DNA of 64,000 bases from Candidatus Eiseniibacteriota bacterium (GTDB lineage Bacteria > Arandabacterota > Arandabacteria > Arandabacterales > Arandabacteraceae): the NCBI GenBank assembly GCA_043810925.1, contig JBDRNT010000161.1:64001-128000 (forward strand). The letters run 5' to 3'. Position 1 is the first letter of the stretch. Every line of letters begins with the position of its first letter. A program made the translations under genes and the position numbers. Below are positions 61,145 to 64,000 of this stretch, piece by piece. The notes under the pieces were generated by a model, which saw nothing but the letters and a program-made list of their open reading frames with translations, did no database searches and was not told where the DNA came from.

Positions 61145-62719
61145 CTATATCTCATACCCAATTCCCTTGAGGTTCCTGCGGATGGCCTTTTCGAGTTTCC
61201 TGGACTCCTTGAACTGATCGGCGAGTTGGCCCGTGAGACGCCTCATCTTCTCATCGAAGGGCTCGTCGTCCTCCTCTGCCGGTTCAACCCCGACATACCG
61301 GCCCGGTGTCAAAACGTGGCTGTGCTCCCGGATGTCATCAATGGATGCGCTCTTGCAGAACCCGGGCCTGTCCTTGTACTTGCGCTTCCACTGCTTTCCA
61401 CGCCAGGCATGGTAGGTGCCCGCAATCCGGGCGATATCCTCTTCGGTCAACTCCCGGTGTGTGCGGTCAACCATAGTGCCCATTTTGCGCACGTCTATAA
61501 AGAGCACCTCGCCCTGCCGCTTCCGGTGGCGGCCATTCTTCCTATCACGCGATACAAACCAGAGGCATGCCGGGATCTGAGTGCCATAGAAGAGCTGGCC
61601 GGGCAGGGCGATCATGCAGTCAACCAGGTCTTTCTCTATCAGGCTTTTGCGTATCTCTCCTTCACCCGACTGACTCGAGCTCATTGACCCGTTGGCCAGA
61701 ACGAAACCGGCTATTCCCGTTGGTGCAAGATGATGGATCATCTGCTGGACCCATGCGAAGTTGGCATTGCCGACAGGCGGAACACCGTACTTCCACCGGA
61801 CATCATCCCGCAGGAGCTCACCGCCCCAATCGCTGACGTTGAAGGGTGGATTAGCAAGTATGTAATCCGCCTTGAGATCCCTGTGGAGATCGTTATGGAA
61901 GCTGTCGCCATGGTGGGGACCAAGGTTGGCCTCAATGCCACGAATGGCGAGGTTCATTTTGGCTATCCGCCAGGTTGTGGGATTCGATTCCTGTCCATAT
62001 ATCGAAAGATCGCCGATCTTGCCTCCATGAGCAGTGATGAATTCTTCACTCTGGACAAACATCCCCGACGAGCCGCAGCAAGGGTCATATACCCGCCCCT
62101 TGAAAGGTTCAATCATCTCAACCAGGAGCCTCACAATGCAGCGAGGGGTATAGAACTCTCCGCCTTTCTTGCCTTCGGCACTGGCAAACTGCGACAGGAA
62201 GTATTCGTACACACGGCCGAGGATGTCCTTCGAGCGGTTCTCTTTGTCACCGAGGGCTATCGTGCCGACTAGATCGATGAGTTCTCCGAGCCTCTGTTTG
62301 TCTAGTGCCGGCCGCGCATAGTCTTTAGGAAGCACACCCTTTAGGGTCTTGTTGTCGTGCTCGATCGCGAGCATTGCATCGTCGATCAGCTTGCCGATCT
62401 TCGGCTGTTTGGCATTTGCCTGAAGGTACGACCACCGAGCAGCCTTCGGCACCCAGAAGATGTTGAAGGCGCGGTATTCATCCGGATCTTCCGGGTCGGC
62501 CCCCGCCCTCTTCTGGCCGACCAGCTCGGTGTGTTTCTCCTCGAAGGCATCGGAGATGTACTTAAGGAAGATGAGTCCAAGAACGACGTGTTTGTACTCG
62601 GCGGCATCCATGTTGCTTCTGAGCTTGTCCGCCGCTTGCCAGAGTTTGGCTTCGAAGCCCAGTGTGGCACCGCTTGCAGCCGCTTTCGTCTTCCGCGTCG
62701 GTCCCCGTCCGGTCGCCAT
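61145..62719 (-). CDS. hsdM: Type I restriction-modification methyltransferase subunit M
   Basis: [30 protein letters not shown]. Confidence 0.96.
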   Translation of the reverse strand: MATGRGPTRKTKAAASGATLGFEAKLWQAADKLRSNMDAAEYKHVVLGLIFLKYISDAFEEKHTELVGQKRAGADPEDPDEYRAFNIFWVPKAARWSYLQANAKQPKIGKLIDDAMLAIEHDNKTLKGVLPKDYARPALDKQRLGELIDLVGTIALGDKENRSKDILGRVYEYFLSQFASAEGKKGGEFYTPRCIVRLLVEMIEPFKGRVYDPCCGSSGMFVQSEEFITAHGGKIGDLSIYGQESNPTTWRIAKMNLAIRGIEANLGPHHGDSFHNDLHRDLKADYILANPPFNVSDWGGELLRDDVRWKYGVPPVGNANFAWVQQMIHHLAPTGIAGFVLANGSMSSSQSGEGEIRKSLIEKDLVDCMIALPGQLFYGTQIPACLWFVSRDRKNGRHRKRQGEVLFIDVRKMGTMVDRTHRELTEEDIARIAGTYHAWRGKQWKRKYKDRPGFCKSASIDDIREHSHVLTPGRYVGVEPAEEDDEPFDEKMRRLTGQLADQFKESRKLEKAIRRNLKGIGYEI

Positions 62720-62727
62720 ATCCCGCC

Positions 62728-62958
62728 TCAATGACTGTCTACCAGGGACAACTTGAGCTTCCCTCGCCTGGCCATCCGCATGCAGAAACTGTCAAGCTGT
62801 GCCCTTGCCAGTTTGGACGGCTTGAACTGACCGTTCTCCCACCGGTTCACGCTTGCGAAGCTTACACCTAACTCACGAGCGAGATCCTCCTGGCTGAGGC
62901 CGAGTTGACTACGGATCTCCTTCAGTAGCGCAGGGTAGTCCATTTCTCCTGGTGTCAT
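62728..62958 (-). CDS. XRE-family HTH regulator (possible controller of the RM operon)
   Basis: [32 protein letters not shown]; directly upstream of hsdM. Confidence 0.88.
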   Translation of the reverse strand: MTPGEMDYPALLKEIRSQLGLSQEDLARELGVSFASVNRWENGQFKPSKLARAQLDSFCMRMARRGKLKLSLVDSH

Positions 62959-63150
62959 ATCTGGATTCCTCTGCAGATGCTCCTGGTACGTTGATATCAT
63001 AATATCACATGCTATACCACCTGCAAGAGGAAAATACAAGAAAGGTGAGATCAGCATTTGTGCAGCAGACTGCCGCACAATTCGGTGAATCGGCCGGCAC
63101 CCGCCTTACGCCACACTTGATGTTCCAGATTGGAACTGCAAGTCTCCGGG

Positions 63151-63609
63151 TTACGCCTTCAGCTCCGACGTACAGAAGCCGCAACGGGTTGCCGGAATAG
63201 GAATAACCGAGTAGCAGTACGGGCATTCCTTGGTCGTCGGCACGGCCGGCGGTGCTTCCGCTTCCTTCTTCATGTTGTTGATACTGCGTATAAGCATAAA
63301 CACGCAGAACGCGACGATGATGAAGCTGATGATGGTATTCAGGAACACCCCATAGTTGACTGAAACTGCGCCGGCCGCCTGTGCATCGGCAAGCGATGCA
63401 TATGGACCCGGGGTGATGCCTTGCTTCAAGACCGCGAAGAGATTGGCGAAATCAACGTTGCCCAGCAGCATCCCGATAGGCGGCATGATGACATCGGCGA
63501 CAAGTGACTTGATTATAGTGCCGAAGGCAGCACCGATTATGATGCCTACGGCCATGTCAACCACATTGCCGCGTATGGCGAAGTCCTTAAACTCCTTCAT
63601 AACTGACAT
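63151..63609 (-). CDS. mscL: Large-conductance mechanosensitive channel with C-terminal zinc ribbon
   Basis: [24 protein letters not shown]; tail CPYC...RCGFC. Confidence 0.95.
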   Translation of the reverse strand: MSVMKEFKDFAIRGNVVDMAVGIIIGAAFGTIIKSLVADVIMPPIGMLLGNVDFANLFAVLKQGITPGPYASLADAQAAGAVSVNYGVFLNTIISFIIVAFCVFMLIRSINNMKKEAEAPPAVPTTKECPYCYSVIPIPATRCGFCTSELKA

Positions 63610-63804
63610 GGGTCCCCCTCCTTTGGTTAGTCCACACAGATGGGTTCGCGACACATTGTCCACGAATCGGCACCTTGATGTCAATGGCTTTCCCGCGGGG
63701 GGCACTCCTCCTGCAAAACAGCCAAAGTGCTATGAATAGGAGGCCTGTATACGTTATCCTCCGCTGGAGTTGTCGTATTCTATCAAGGGGGTTGAGAAGT
63801 CACT

Positions 63805-64000
63805 GTGAAGTACAGCAAAACCTTCGTTCTTGGTGTCGTTAACGGTGTGCTGTTCAATCTCGCGGAGGCATTGGTCGGTGGCACCACGGTCCTGCCCACA
63901 TTTGTCAGCAGCATCACGACCTCGAAGGTACTGGTCGGGCTCTCCGGGACGATGGGGAATGCAGGCTGGCTCATGCCCCAGCTCGTGGTCGCAAACCTTA
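63805..64000 (+). CDS. MFS transporter, N-terminal part (runs off right edge)
   Basis: MKYSKTFVLGVVNGVLF...TVLPTFVS...AGWLMPQL, open to window edge. Confidence 0.65.
   Translation, partial: MKYSKTFVLGVVNGVLFNLAEALVGGTTVLPTFVSSITTSKVLVGLSGTMGNAGWLMPQLVVANL

Overview
Bacterial, moderately GC-rich window. FlgD/T9SS-like and 'TWGxIK' C-terminal tails suggest an FCB-associated candidate phylum such as Eisenbacteria or Krumholzibacteriota (inference). Layout: (1) 1.2-18.6 kb, a dense two-component cluster: a CheB/CheR fusion, PAS/GAF kinases and Rcp1-like receivers. It contains a 567-bp inverted duplication shared by two convergent kinases and five copies of a 50-bp sigma28-like promoter+RBS cassette. 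(2) 19-29 kb: an atypical tyrosine recombinase, a ferritin-like protein, a methyltransferase, a BarA-like hybrid kinase and an N6-adenine methylase. (3) addB-addA, a candidate ~400-nt structured RNA, a secreted M4 peptidase, a C-N hydrolase and a likely 6S RNA. (4) Two secreted Cys-rich proteins with TWGxIK tails. (5) The most novel-looking locus, 45.5-54.2 kb. A 19-aa Trp-rich peptide gene missing from the ORF track has its own sigma70 promoter, RBS and terminator. Downstream lies a putative sigma54 operon encoding a double membrane/HD-GYP protein, a secreted protein with 12 tandem C-x-G-S-x pentamers, a small membrane protein and two paralogous membrane proteins with DUF4350/GIFT-like domains. 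(6) A type I restriction-modification locus with inserted nuclease-like genes, then mscL and a partial MFS gene. All calls come from reading motifs by eye; no searches were run.
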